From positions 62,001 through 126,000 of the forward strand of contig JBPGPT010000023.1 in assembly GCA_051047955.1 (NCBI GenBank): a stretch of 64,000 nt of DNA. The letters are read 5' to 3'. The notes under the pieces are model-generated. The model was not told where the DNA came from. It was given only the letters and a program-made list of their open reading frames with translations, and made no database searches. Shown here in pieces: positions 25,386-39,161 of this stretch (position 1 is its first letter; every line of letters starts with the position of its first letter). The DNA is from Cystobasidiomycetes sp. EMM_F5 (taxonomy: Eukaryota). Made by a program: the position numbers and the translations under genes.

Positions 25386-27732
25386 TCAAGGCGATGCAAT
25401 TATTTTTTCAAGTTGCGCTTGGTCTGCGAGTTGAGCTTTGAGCTTGTCGAGCGGTGATTGAGGCTGGGTCGGCTGACGAGCGGGCGGGGGCGGACGGACA
25501 GGTCTTGGGTGCGGAGTCTGGATGTACGAACGGCTAGCGACTGGTCCTATACTATCGAGTCTTAGGTGTGGCGGACGGATCGGAGATGCAGAGAGGGGTT
25601 GAGTTTCGCTACTGGGTGAATGCGCATCGATAATTGTAGACAACGTACTTCCACCCGAGTCTGGCCGATGCATGTCGCTGATGGAATCACCCTCTCCTCC
25701 CTCGTGTATAGCACCGTTGAACCAGTTGCTGCCGCCAACTGACGATCGGTCATCTCCAGAAGAAGCCGACCGGCTGGCGGGGAATGGACGGGCTGATGTA
25801 CGTTTGGCGGCAGCAGCGGAACTTGATCCGAGTACAGGAGTTTGCTGCGGTAGTCCCATCATCATTGACCCAGGTCGTTGCGCAAGCGGAGCAGGCATGA
25901 CGAGGTCAATCCTCGAATACCGAGAGTGCGGAGCCCCTGCTATATGGCTCGTACGGCGCGATCCCTGATGCTGTAGTGGTCCCGCGGTCTGGTGGTTCTG
26001 CCATTGCGATCTATACTGCTGCGACGTCCGCTGGCCAGACGCTTGTCCGTATGAAGAGGCTCTAGCGGGATAGCCTGTGACCGTCTGTGCATATCGAGGC
26101 ACTGACCTGGAACTGCGAGGATGATTTACAATATTTCCAAATTGATCGACAGATTGGCTGCCTTGCTGGGTCGTGGACGCGTAAGTGCCGCCCAAGCGAG
26201 GTAAACTCTGTGCGTCTCGTATGACCAACGATTGACGCTGTGGAGTCGTTGATGCTTGATGAACTGGCGGAGGTGGAGGGGTGTTAGCGCTGAAATCCAT
26301 GAGCGGGGGAGGGGATGCAAAAGGAAGGCCTGGAGGAAGCGAACCAGGTTCTGATACTGGCGAAGTGACAAAGCCTGACGCGTACTGTGGGTCAGTAATG
26401 GTAATATCGCCTCTGTCTTTACCATCCAGATCCGGTGACGACTCGCCGCTTGATTGTAAGCCAGACATGCCACCCGACGGATTGAGTGACGTCGAGCTGG
26501 ATGTATGTTGCGATCTGCTGCTAGGTTGACGTTGAGGCGTAAGACCCGAGGAGAAAGAAGGCATGCGATCGGACGGCAACGATCTTTGCGAGGGATAGAT
26601 TGTGGGTGCATCCAAAAGCGATACGTTGCTCCCCGTTGCGTGCGTCGTAAAGCTGTCGGTATGGGCTAGCGTACTTCGACCCCGCATACTATCCTGATAC
26701 GATTCCGATGCAGGTAGAAGGTGGGCAAGGCTGCCACTTCGCGTCGACGCGGCATCGTAATGGCTGTACGAGGACGCATACTGTAGATTATGGGAGACAC
26801 TGTACAATGAGGGATTGGCGTAGCTCTTCTCCACCATGAGCGAGGGCGGCTCAATCCTCGCCAGAGCAGGATTAAAAGCTGAAGGTGAGTCTGTAAATGC
26901 CGGCTTGTAGGCTATAAAGTCTTCATCGTCATCATTAATGTCGTCGCTTTTGCCTCTGCCGAATCGAGGCCATCCAGAGCCCTTCAAACTGCGACTTTCT
27001 CGACGAGAAAAGTATCGGTATAGCCGATAGGCGACGAATATAGCAACGAGCCCTCCTGCAACAGCAACGGCAACAATCGCTGCGAGAGGAAAGTTGCTGT
27101 TGCCAACGGATGCATTCTGAGCGGTAGAATCGGAATTAGCTACGGGAATCGCTAGAACGGTTGATGATGTTCTGGAAGCTGTGATCAATAGGTCAGTACG
27201 CGAAGAGGATGAGCTTTCTGCACGCTTACTGGTCGTGGTGGATGATGTACTGGTCGTACTGGGACGTATCGAGGAGGTGATGATGACCACAGCGGGAACT
27301 GCATAACAGGTGAATAAGCGAGAAGTTTGCAACTGTCAGAGCCTATTCCTCACCCGATGTGGCTGCGACAGTAGGTCTATTTGATGACGAGGTCCGTGCG
27401 GCAGCAGCAGCAGCAGCGGCGGCGGCAGAGGCGGAAGCAGCAGAAGCGGAAGCGGCGGCAGCAAGCTGTGCAGACTGCTGCTGCTGCTGTTGCTGTTGCT
27501 GTTGTGTATTTTGCTGTTGTTGCTGAGTGTATTGCTGTTGAGTCTGTTGCGATTGTGCCTGTTGTGTGGGGTACTGCTGCTGCGTTGCCACTGGCGAAGG
27601 GCTGTATGTCGTCGGATTTGCTGCTGCTGCTGGCGGAGTAGTATATTGCTGCTGCTGCTGCACCACTGAAGATGGAGACCCTTGCACGAGACTGTTACTC
27701 GCAGCGACCGACGACCTTGAAAGGCTTGCCAT
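25386..27732 (-). CDS. Single-pass membrane protein with Gln/Ala/Ser/Thr-rich N-terminus and long disordered tail
   Basis: TM LAAIVAVAVAGGLVAIFVAY followed by a basic stop-transfer segment. ORFs 27343-27732 and 25386-27332 are joined by an intron. Confidence 0.75.
27398..27662. repeat. Coding trinucleotide repeats (poly-Ala and poly-Gln)
   Basis: Runs of GCA/GCG and TGC/TGT encoding poly-Ala and poly-Gln on the minus strand. Confidence 0.85.
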
Positions 27733-28488
27733 TGCGATTGAGAACTAAATGGATCTTCTTTGTTGATTCTGCGGAGTAGGACCCAGACGACAATGGACGA
27801 CAAGTTGTAAGAATGAAGCAGTCAGTAGTGAGTGCGCGCAGAGTGTTAACGTTGCCCACTCTACCCGTACTCTGCGCTTCTTCCCGTCTTTAAATTTGGC
27901 GGGCTTCACGTCTGCAGCCAGAGTCCAGGCCCCGTCTCGCTCGCTGGCAGAGGCAATGGCGAGCTCTGACAGCGGGCCATGCAGTCTGAGCTGCCAGTCT
28001 GACGAGCAGCGTCGAGTTGCTACGACCTGCACCGCTGTATCGAGCTGTTGACTACTTCAAGCTGCTGCCATACATTTTACTCGAGCTTTGTTTACTTTTT
28101 GCTGGCCAGGCACCCAGCCAACAGGGCATGGCGTGGCATTCCGGGGCATGCCCTGAGAGCGGCCATCACAACGATAAATTACGGGTGCAAGCAATTCGAA
28201 TGCTCGAGGTTGAATACATACTCTGACATTGGAGTATGAATCGTTCCAGTCAAGCAAAGCCAACCTCCGTCCGTCCAGGTATTCGATTCTGGTTTTGCCC
28301 AGCTTAGTAAGCGATCGAATGTCAGTCGCGCATTGACATTCCGCCTTGTTTACCGACGCGTACAGTGCTGTTAAGGCTGACCTTTTTGGCTGCTCAAACT
28401 TGGATACATCCTGACATCTCGATATCAATAAATATACCAGCACTAGCATTGCATTCACACAGCGACACTGCCAGCTACGCGTCACAGC

Positions 28489-30442
28489 ATGCGCACAGTC
28501 GACCTCGCTACAGCACTCGACCCGGCTCACCGTAAAAAGTATGACCACAAGCACCTCGGAGACATTGTCCGGGCCATTGTGTCGTCCAAGAACATCGTAT
28601 GCATGACTGGGGCAGGCATATCCACCTCTGCAGGCATTCCCGTGAGTTGCTCGGTGTGCGTGTCGTTCGAGTCGATATTCTGATGGCGCACGCCTCGCAG
28701 GACTTTCGATCCAAGAATGGCCTGTACGAGTTGGCCGCATCGAGCGAGTATCATCTCAACACGCGCAACGATGCAAGTACTTCGCAGCTGGATTCCCCGT
28801 CCTCGCAAACCCAGTATGAACCCGCAGAATCATCATTGAACAAGCGCGCCAAATCATCCCAGCAGTCCACACCTGCCTCTCGAGCTCATTCACAGTCCAT
28901 GTCGCGTTCTTCCTCCACATCCTCCTCATCCTCATCCACATCGTCTAGCTGTAATCAACGTAAAGGCAAAAGCAACGGATCAGGAGCAGACCTCTTCAAC
29001 GCATCTGTTTTTCGCTCCGCAGACTCCCTTTCCCGCTTTCTCCAATTCATCTCTGCACTCCATGTATGCTCATCCAACGCTTCTCCAACGCCTACTCATC
29101 GTTTCCTGAGCACACTAGCAGAGAAAGGCAAGTTGCGAAGAGTGTACACGCAGAATATCGATGGGCTCGAAAGTAGGGCTGGGCTGGCGGATGTAAACTA
29201 TACACTGACTGCTGCAGCGCCCAAACCAACGTCTGGCAAAAATGCGAACCGTTATTCAGGTCATGTAGTCCATTTACATGGTCGGGCGTCGAGTGTCAGA
29301 TGTACAGCCTGTTCATACACCGGACCGTGGACAGAGGACGTACACGACTCCTTTTCTTCCGGGCAGTTAGAAGCGTGCACCGAGTGCGCCGACAGGCAGA
29401 GCGCACGCATGGCAGCGGGAAGACGCGGTGGAACTGCTGGCGCGTTGAGACCAAACATTACGCTATACGGTGAAGACGGAGGCAACGAGGCGAACCTTAT
29501 TGCCGATGTGCATGAAGCGGATATAAAGAGCAAACCGGACTGTCTGCTGGTTATGGGAACGTCTCTCAAGGTGGGTACCATCTCGTCATATCTGATTTGC
29601 ACATTCCCTGAATCTGCAACGACACGTTCTATGCGTAGGTCCACGGCTTCAAACTACTCGTAAAAGACTTTGCTGCAGAAGTCCAAGAACGAGGGGGTCT
29701 GGCTGTGTTCATCAACCTCGAGGCGCCCAGCAGCGCCTGGGACTCGGTCTTTGACTGCTGCATCACAGGTACGACTGATGCTTTCGTGCACGAAGTCTCG
29801 ACGGAGTGGAAGAAGCGTCGCCCACAGGACTTCATGTCACAACCTACCCTCTCCAAGGCCGTTTTTGCGTCATCCAAGCAAGTCGTGCTCGAGCCAATCA
29901 AGAAGGCCTCACAGTCACACAGGCCAGTCTTGCAGCCCGTTTGTCCGCCCGCCCAGACTGTAGAGACTCGAGGTCAAAAGAACGCACCAGAGGGACGAAG
30001 AAAGCGGCAGAGGACCATCAGCCTCGATATGTCAGCATCCCATTTCGAAAGGTCATCGAGCGAAGAAAGTGGAGATGCATCTAGCGGGCCGCAGACACCC
30101 TGCGAAGATGGCGAGAGCTACAGAGAGGAAGACACCTCTATCGTATACGAAACAGACGACGAGGACTGTGTCAAAGTGGCTAGATCACCGGCTTCTGCCC
30201 GCACTCGACCTCTGCTCAAGGCAAAACAGAACAGATCTGCTCTCGCAATGGCAAAGATTCCCGACGTTCCACGCATCATCAAACACCCGCAGACTCCTGT
30301 TCGAGCAATCATTGCAAGTTGCAAGGATGTTCGCAAGGATATCAAAACTCCTTCCCCCAAGAAGGCAGACTTCAAGCAGATCGTTCAGGCTTTTGCAGCT
30401 CCACCTCCTAAACCCTCAAAAAAGATCAGAATGTCTAGTTGA
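28489..30442 (+). CDS. Sir2-family NAD+-dependent deacetylase (Hst3/Hst4-like)
   Basis: GAGISTSAGIPDFRS, YTQNIDGLE, LHG, two CxxC zinc ligands, LRPNITLY, MGTSLKVHG and a disordered C-terminal tail. Confidence 0.92.
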
Positions 30443-30687
30443 GAATGGGAATGCCATGCCGTCTCAGCTCATTACCTGAAGTCATGCTGGGTCGCGTTCA
30501 ATATAATCGTAAAATACACCGCTTTCGAATTTCCTTAACAGGTCATTGATATGTCGTAGCGTTTCATAATTACAGCCGATGGAAGTCACTGCCCTTAGTG
30601 TGCGATGGCTCACTTCGTATGTGAGCCTGCAGCACGTCGTGTCGCGTGAGACACTGGCTCAGACTAGCCATCAATAGACTAGCTTCA

Positions 30688-33347
30688 CTACAAATCGAAT
30701 ATTCTGATCTCCTTGCGCCAGTTCTTCTTTTCTCTTCGCTCCCCTGTAGAGGCGTGAAGAAAAGCATAGGTCAGAAGCTGCAAGGCTATATGATCAGGAT
30801 CGCTCACAATAATCTCCGCTATAATGCCAGATACCACTGTTGGCATCCTGTTCTCGGAAAAATTGGGGAGGCGTCTTTTCGCTAGGGTTCTGCTCCCAGC
30901 GTTTCCTTCTGTCGCGCTGCTTCTGTTCCAGAGCCTGTTTGCCATGCTCGGCTTCGTCTACATTACCCTCTTCTAGAGCGCGTTGATCCGGCCGGAAGCG
31001 TGTGTCGGTAGGCGGAAGATACGGCCTAATATCGTCGGTGAGCTCGTTGAGCTGCACAGACCACTCAGAGAAACCATAGTATTTCGGAGCATTTTCGGGA
31101 AAGTCGTGAATCTGCCACACAGTCTCCCAATTTTTGCCTCCTGTGTTCCGTGCAATCGATTCGTCCCATTTGCCCTGTATCTAAACATAAGTAAGCAGTG
31201 TCAGTGAGTGTGCAGTCATTTATGTAGGGATAGTGCTTTCCACACACTTCGATCTTCGCAGTATCATGCGTGTCAAACACCTTGCCTTCGACTTTGTTTC
31301 GGGAACTTGTACCGCCCCATGATGAACCTTCCTTGAAAGTTATCGCAGCCCTTTCCCCCGTATCTTCGTTGTGCACCTCCATTACTCCGACATGCTCCAG
31401 GTACTTTTCGCCGCTCATGATGTTTTTGACGTAAGTCGAGGGGCGTGTCCATGTATACACTTCGTCATGCTCCTTTATGCGTACTTCGTTCATGCCTTCA
31501 GGCAGCACTGCCCCATCGGAACAGTTCAGATTGATAGCACGCCCAGCAAGAAGGACGAAAGGCTTACGCTCATAACTGCGACCCCAGAACTTCTGTGCAC
31601 CGGATGCGCTTGCTGTATAATCCCAGCCCTTGCCGATGGCATGTCCCTGTGACAGGGCTGGTTAGAACTGAAAGGCCTAGATCTGAGCCGTAGCCTTACT
31701 ACAGTCCAGTTCGGATGATGCACCACCTTTTCTGCGATGAATTTGATGCCCTTGTCTGGTCTGACCAGCTCAAACGTCTGACCCAACAGAGGGTTGAATG
31801 GCTTTCTGGAAGATCTGTACTTCGTAGGCGCATATGACGCAATGGCAAACAGGGCCACGTAGAGTAGCCGTTCCAACGACTGCTTCTGCTTCGCTGCAGT
31901 GTCTAAAAGGTCCGAATACTCTAAGGGCTCGGCCATAGCTTGCAACTGATCAATAGGCTCGTTGAGCGTGACCGGAAATGATATTTTAGACAGGTCCTGT
32001 ACAGACTTCATCAGTCTGCAAGCGTGTGTCTGCGAGTGAAGGGTTTCTACCTTGCCCATGTTTCGTTTGAGTAGGCTGAAGAGGGACACTTCTTCGCCAG
32101 CCAAGGGATGCGGAAGCTGTTTACGACGGTTGACATTGTCCGCCTTTGGCTTGCTGTCACCAGACTCGGTTGCATCGCTGCGTGTACTGCTCGCATCGTC
32201 TTCTACTTCGGTATCTTCGTCCGAATGATACATACTACCACTACTATCACTACTGCTAGACGTGTATCCAGCGGTCTCATCGCCTTCAATATCGAGCTCA
32301 TAGGAGTATCCAGCTTCGGCATCGTAATATTCGGAAGCAGCTACACTTTCTGCGAGCGAGAGTCGTCTTGACAATCCGTAGTCATCATTTGCGATATGTG
32401 ACTGATTGAGAAGATGCAGTGCCTGTGTATGTTGTTCTTTGAGATGATTGACTGCATCGGCCAGCTTGTCCGCATTGACTCGTCCAGCGTCCTCGAAGCT
32501 CACAAAGGCTGGTAATTTGCTAACGAGTCAAGCGTGACTTTGCGGCGATAGGCGCATCACATACCATGAGCTACGGAGTTTGCTGTTGAAGAGGCATAAT
32601 TGACAGCCTTGCCAAGTACACTTCCTGCCTGACCTGTTCCTGGTTGTTGCGAAGAAGCTGCGTCCTCTGCAATGCGTTCCAGAGCGGTGATGCTCTGTTG
32701 AGTGATAAAAACCATGAGCGAATGCTTTGTTGCAGTAATACCATGCTGCAGGCTCTTACCTTTGTCATGTTGGTTATAACGGTGACGAGTTGTGCGGAAA
32801 CATCTGCACCGATGAGGTGATCTACCGGGGCCGGACTCTCGCGTCTTGGAGTGTCCACCAATTGCCCATGGGCTATTTTAGCATGCTCTTTAACGTGCGC
32901 GAAGTTGTGGAGTGCTGCGACCCAGCTGTACACGATGACGATGCGGGACCGAGTCTCAGCGCGGTTCTTGTACATTCTGCGCACCGCAAAAGGCAGCATA
33001 CCGCTCATAGTCTTGGTCCGACAAGGCCTTGCAGTGCCACGGGACTTTGTCGCCAGAATCAATGACAATCTGCCTTCGTTTCTTTGATCTGCCCACTGAA
33101 CACCGGGCGACGTTTACGCTGTCCCGGACTGGCTCGCCCTGGACACGCGAGTAGCTGAGCGTGCCAGAGCTGTTGAGCATGAAGCTGCGCAATGACCGAA
33201 GAGCGGGTCAGCTAGATTGTCAAAGTATTGCGTCCTGTCATGCCGGGGACGACCCCGCAAGTGTGCGTACAATCTCTTCGCCATGCCTTGGTAGCTCTTG
33301 CGCTTCTTCTTCTCCATGTACCCACTCAGCAGCATCGTTGGATCCAT
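30688..33347 (-). CDS. Oxysterol-binding protein with N-terminal PH domain (Osh3-like)
   Basis: PH start LSGYMEKKKRK; KPFNPLLGQTFE, EKVVHHP and LPPTDTRFRPDQRALEEG. Confidence 0.92.
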
Positions 33348-33466
33348 TATCGCACGTATTGACTGTCCGCTGACGGGCGGATGACGCAAATGACAGAAAC
33401 GCTCAAATGACAGTCTCTAAAATATAACTTTACCGAATACTCTATCTACGACAATGACACGCTCTG

Positions 33467-34226
33467 CTACAGATTGTCGGGGATATTGACTAATTTCGGG
33501 ACAGCCTCACTGAAAAGTCAACATACATTAGCTGATCCGTTGGATTCTCGGATGCCTTACGTACCCGTTGAGCTTTTTAAACAGCGCGCCTATACCTGTA
33601 TGTGAGTAATCCTTCTCGTTCCATTGATCTTTGTGGTATCGGATCACAGGCGTCTGCCAGGAGAATAGCGATTAGCCTCTTGTGTTCGTTCGGCGATTAC
33701 ATGCTGCACTGTACGCACAGGTCCAGTCGTATCCAGGGCCAGCGATAGGAGGTTCTTGATCGTCTTGGTCCCCATGATTGGAGCGGTATACGCCATGTGC
33801 ATCTTGACGCAGATAAGATCTGGGTCGTTCCGTGCTACTTCATGTTCCAGCACTTCGACTTTAGAAAACACGTTCGGAAGGGCTATGAATTGTGCAGCGA
33901 TTTTTCGACTGCAGGCACGGCGAGGTGAGCAGGGGACCCTGTAATGTGCAAATGCAGCAAGGCAGTGCCTACCGAGTATTTGAGAAGGACATGATGTCAT
34001 CGTAGGTACTCTGCTCATGATAGCACCGCTCCATATCCTTTGCCAGCTCCTTGATACGGCCATTGTACATCCCAATAACCGTATCGACAATCTTTTGTCT
34101 CTCTGGCGGTAATGGTAGCGACTTTGCCGGAACTGGTGTATATTCGCCATCTGCGTCCAAAAAGTCGGCCGTATTTACGTGCGGCTCATACTTGCGGTCT
34201 GCTGGCGGTGCTGCGACGGACGACAT
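33467..34226 (-). CDS. SnoaL/NTF2-like fold protein
   Basis: STYDDIMS, IAAQFIALPNVF and IRYHKDQWNEK; multi-exon; ends VPKLVNIPDNL*. Confidence 0.7.
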
Positions 34227-34344
34227 AGTAACGCTACTGCAGTATTGGTCAAAAAGACAGCCGTGTCGTCAAGCCGGCGACGCCTGGATCGAGGTACAGA
34301 CGTGGTCGGATCGACGAGAATAGGAGGTGGCGATTTCCTCTGTC

Positions 34345-36112
34345 CTAGTCGTCCGCGACGTGCTTCATCATGCCTTTTGTGACGAATGCCTTGTTGAAGT
34401 TGAGCATACCATTAATATCCTGCACCCATCCACCGTCAAGCGCTTCGTCGGTCTGCTTATCCGTCTCCGCAACAGGCTTCGCGGACGTGCCTGGCGACTT
34501 GATAGTCTCGACGGCCTGAGAGTTATAGGCCAATATTCCCGCAGGGAGGTCCTTGGATGTAGGTTTGAGTGACGGGACGATGCATGGCACAGGATATGGA
34601 GACATCGAAATGGAAAGATACTGCGAAGGCTGCAATTCCCGTAAGATGTGACCGTCGAGGGAGAGTTCGGCTGAAGATCGCGAGTCGGAGGATAGCTGGA
34701 TGAGCAAGTTTCAGCGAGATATTAGCACAACCTTCCGCAACATTCACACACTCTCAACTGAATGCACGCATCACTGGGAAGCAGGACGCTCCGGAATGAC
34801 AAGCTTCGTGGGCATATAGGCGTGAGCAGCAGTGATGGGACAGAAGGATGCACAATAGGACCTCCGGCCGACAACGAGTATGCTGTCGAACCCGTCGGTG
34901 TGGAAATGATCAGCCCATCCGCCTGAATACACTCGAGCAGGTCAGTCACAGTTGTGAGGTGTGGTTGTTTGGCCTACAATAGCCTCGGTCAGGTATTGAC
35001 CGTCAACGTATGTCTCGATCCGTGTCAGGTGAGGATACAGCCCTCGATGAAGAGTCACCTCATTCAGAGCCTGGTTAGCTGACAAGAGCCGTAAATTCAA
35101 ATCGTTTATTGTCACGGATGCGGATTGCGTTGCTTACCAGTCTGATCAAAGCTTGACAAGATGCATCCATCGGCGTCGTGAATGACGCATCGTAAGCGGA
35201 GCCTGAGTAGCATGCTAGCGCGAGAGGCCATTACTTCTGCAAGTGCACCCTCGAAATCGCCGAGGCCTGTATAAACAGCAAAGCGAGCGAGTCAGCGTCA
35301 CTATGAGCATACATTGTCAAGTAGGCCTACCGAAGGGCATCAGGAAGCCGAGTGTTCCCATATTTACGCCCAAGACTGGCGGAACTGCACCCTGTGCAAA
35401 CATTGAAGCGACATGGAGTACGGTTCCATCTCCACCGAGACTGATGGCGAGATCCACAGACTTGAGCACATCTTGACTTGGCTCTGTCGACCAAGCCCTT
35501 CAGCCTGCATATGGGCCAACTAGCCGAGTTCAGCTAAACCTACGCTCGTCCAGCACATGTATGTGGCTACGCAAATTCATGCCAAGCTGAGTTGCGAGTT
35601 CCTTCTCGACTATCAGATTCGTTTCCGGGTATTCTGCCTGAATATGCTTGAGTATCCTTTCTGCAGCTTCCAGTGTTTTGAGATTATCCTGCTTTTTGAC
35701 GAGGAGTATATTGCGCGGCGGAGTGATCCATTTGAGCGAATGTGATCCGCTGATTGGAGAGCAGATCAGTCAAGCACTTGCAATTCTGCATTGTCATAAG
35801 CCTCAATGCACCCGAATTTCGACCCTATACGGTGCGATATTTCGGTACAGCGTTTCGGCGGCACAATCGCAGCCAGTCTGGACGCGGCTTTTCAGCATAT
35901 TACTGCAATGAGGATTCGTATACTCCGCACCTCCCTCGCGGCGCTACCTCAATCTCTGCTTTCTGCGCAATCTGCAGCTTTCTGACGGAGCTGGACAGTT
36001 TTCGGCTATGTCGACAGTCTTGCAGTAAATGAGCAGCATTTCTGCCCAATATGGGGCTCCTAGCAGGCATGCAGGCATAATTGCGCGCATAGCGAGCAGA
36101 TGCCGCCAGCAT
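34345..36112 (-). CDS. NAD(H) kinase, mitochondrial Pos5-like
   Basis: [20 protein letters not shown] and [21 protein letters not shown], with an Arg-rich presequence. Confidence 0.9.
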
Positions 36113-36212
36113 GAGCAGTTGGAACGCGGGAAATGGCCTGCAAGTTTGGTCTAATTGGTCTTAGGCTCTTATCTATCGTTGCATTCTCTTGCTCCACCCA
36201 TTTGTCTAAAAG

Positions 36213-37836
36213 ATGTCTCGAATATCGGCGCATCGGATAGCTGGTCTGGCGTTGATGGTCTCGACTGCTCTGGCTGGGCCGCTTGCTAGAGCCATTCAAC
36301 AGCAGCCGCTGGGTGCCAACTTGGCCCATACGACTGCAAGCGGATATGACGCGTTTGGGGCATCGCACCTCAGCGAATGGTGTGCATTGTCCAAGAAGCA
36401 CTTCCTGGAGGACTTGCACGCCGACACCGCGCAGGATTGGATTGTGGTCATGGGCAACGAGGCTGGCGGTGAGCTAGTTGCCGCGATATACATATACCTG
36501 TGCTCGGCCTAACATACACAACAGACCTCGATAGTATGGTCTCCGCTATTGCGCTCGCGTACGATGTCGCACATACCAAACACAAGCCGGCCCGGGCAGT
36601 GTCACTACTGCAAGTCAAGAATGATGCAATTGACCTGAGACCCGAAAACAAGTTGGCTTTGGAAAAGGCGCGAATGGAACGCGGGCATAAGGATCTGCTG
36701 AGTATGTAAGGCGACGATGCGCATAATGTGGTCACTAATACTCTCAGATGTCCAGCTATCGAAGAACTGCCGTTCGAACCAGCCGAGGTCGGACGACGCA
36801 TCAAGGGAATTATGCTGGTGGACCACAATCGTCCATTATCGTGCGCAGCTATGTCTATCTCGACGCGACGTTAGGGTGAAGAGCTGACTCGTCTTGTCGG
36901 CTGCTGAAGATATTGGGGGGATACGCCGATTTTGGGTATTGTTGATCAGTGCGTCAAAGCACGTTAAGAGTGGCAGCCATGATTTAACACTGTTCCCAGT
37001 CATTCGGATCGCGGCACAAATACGTCGGCAGTCCCTCGTGAGTACCGAGCCTCCCTAAAAAGCAAAGGGAGAGCCTGACATTCGTGAAAGGGGTCATACA
37101 ACCCGCCGGATCGTGCTCATCCCATATCACATCGCTTGTCTTGAGCCACAAGCACTCGCACGGACCAGTCCCGCGCTCTCTCGGCGATTTGCTTCTGTAC
37201 ACCATTGCGCTCGACACAAAAGGTCTGAAGGGCTCGAAAGGACTCGAAGTCGATAAGAAAGCAGCAGCAGCGATACTCCCACACTCTCATTACAGCGAGG
37301 AGGAGCTAGACGAGACCATGAAGGATCTCGGCAAGGAACTTAAGAGAGCCAAGAATGACCTCGGTGGTCTTACCCTAACACAGCTGATACAGCGCGACTG
37401 GAAGGGCGATGTCGTTTACGATTCGACTGTACCGATTCATCTCGGCTTTGCGAGCATTCCCATGTCGCTGGCAGATATGATTGAAAAGACTGACAATCAG
37501 ACCGTCTCTGCTTTCTTCGACGTCGACAGTGCGTGGGCGCATGAAAACAAGGTCGACATTGCCATTCTCCTTACTGGCTTCAAGGATGCAAACGGCACGA
37601 AACAAAGAGAAATCATATTGACGGTCCGCGATGGGCACCGGATAGATGAGAAGGAGGCGGACAGACTGTTCAGAGATGTCAGCAGGGAGCTTCGAGAGTC
37701 GTCTGAACTGAGTCTCAAGCCGTGGAATGGCGGTACGAATCTTGGTCGGTGGAGAGCTGCATGGAGCAACTCGAGGGAAGATGGGGGCCGCAAAGTTGTG
37801 CGACCACTGGTGGAGAAGGCAGTCAGGCATTGGTAG
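36213..37836 (+). CDS. DHH-family exopolyphosphatase (Ppx1/prune-like) with signal-peptide-like N-terminus
   Basis: GNEAGDLDS, VDHN, DHH split across an intron, GSCSS and RDWK. Confidence 0.88.
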
Positions 37837-37922
37837 ATTTGTCGTTCTCTTCCGTGTAGCCTCCGCAAAGCCATTTTTGTAATTCGAAATACCATTGTAT
37901 CGCTCCTTCACACCAACAAACA

Positions 37923-38287
37923 ATGCATCCTCCGTTAGCGCAGCACCAGCACGTCGGTATGTGATCTCTTCGACCTTTTCAGCTTCCAACATTGAGACTG
38001 CCCCATTTCTGCATAACGCAGCCTGCAAAGACTTTATCGATGCGCTGGAACGGTGTCACTCGAGCAACTGGAATCGACTGACTGGCGCATGTAACGATAT
38101 CAAGATGGAGCTCAATATGTGTCTCCGACAAGAGGTGGGAGCGGGCTGTAGCATTACTGCTGTTGTGGACGCTGAAACCGTGCCTCATTTACAGCGCTTG
38201 AATCGGCGGCAAGAGAACCACGACGAAGCGAAATTGAAGCGCGACCTCACGAAACAGAAGTGGAAAGCTATCGACGACGAGTCGTAG
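37923..38287 (+). CDS. CMC2: Twin CX9C COX assembly protein
   Basis: MHPPL...CKDFIDALERCH...GACNDIKMELNMCLRQE; two introns. Confidence 0.9.
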
Positions 38288-38789
38288 TCGCTCGAATACT
38301 TACGAGAATGCAATTGACTCGAAGCCTGCTGGTTTATGAAGCCATGTACAAAAAATCGCCACAACTTCCTTAATCAAGTTGCGTAAAGCACGCACTTCTT
38401 TCTCAGTAGCAGTAGGTCATCTTCCGAAGCTCTGTATACCAATGTTTCTGAGATGTCCTTGACGCTGTCCGTCCCAGGCATCAGGCATGTTGTTGTGCCT
38501 CACATCCACAGGAGTGCTACGCATTGAAGAAGAAAAGCAGAGCGCAATCTCAACATCCGAATTAACCCTGACTTCAGCTCCTCCTGCGTGTACAAAACTG
38601 AAGCCGTCTTAGTGTGAACCGCTTCCGCACCTTCTCCGTCTAAATGACTCACAGCGGAAATGACTGAACGTACAGCCAACCAGACTACACAAGCCGAACG
38701 ACTTTACCACCTGCCTTTCGTTACCACACACACGTCAATTCGACCTGATATACTGAGCGAACACTCCGACATCAGTTCATCAAACGTCC

Positions 38790-39161
38790 ATGCTCTTCCT
38801 CATCCCGCTCATCGCAATTGGGGTGGTTATTGTAGGCTCCAGCGTTCTCTCGGCCTCGTTTCTGTTGAAAGTACTGGGCGTCGGGTTGGCTTTCGCCTTC
38901 AGTCCTCTAGGTGCGAAGGCCTCCCTACAATCTTCTGACACGGCTAAAATCGTCCTATCTTTAGCATGGGTCGGCCCTGCCGTGCAGAGCACAATGTATG
39001 CCGGCTTCACGACAGGTGCATACGCTAGCCTGCAGTCTATCGCAATGGCAGGCATCTCCACACTCACAGCCGTACTGGCTGCATCGGCTACTGTCGTTGG
39101 TGCCGCTGTACTCCTCGTCTCGCGTAGGTCAGACTTCCGCTTGTTTGTATACCTTGGCTGA
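38790..39161 (+). CDS. Small hydrophobic IFI6/IFI27-like protein, copy 1
   Basis: Gly/Ala-rich hydrophobic protein with FSPLAWVGPAVQS...GAYASLQSIAMAG; intron 38911-38964. Confidence 0.7.
   Translation: MLFLIPLIAIGVVIVGSSVLSASFLLKVLGVGLAFAFSPLGAKASLQSSDTAKIVLSLAWVGPAVQSTMYAGFTTGAYASLQSIAMAGISTLTAVLAASATVVGAAVLLVSRRSDFRLFVYLG

Noticed and set aside
28057..28740. 227-aa minus-strand ORF
   Set aside because: Overlaps the sirtuin 5' end in antisense; composition is not protein-like.
37375..38028. 217-aa minus-strand ORF
   Set aside because: Antisense to the exopolyphosphatase and CMC2 genes.
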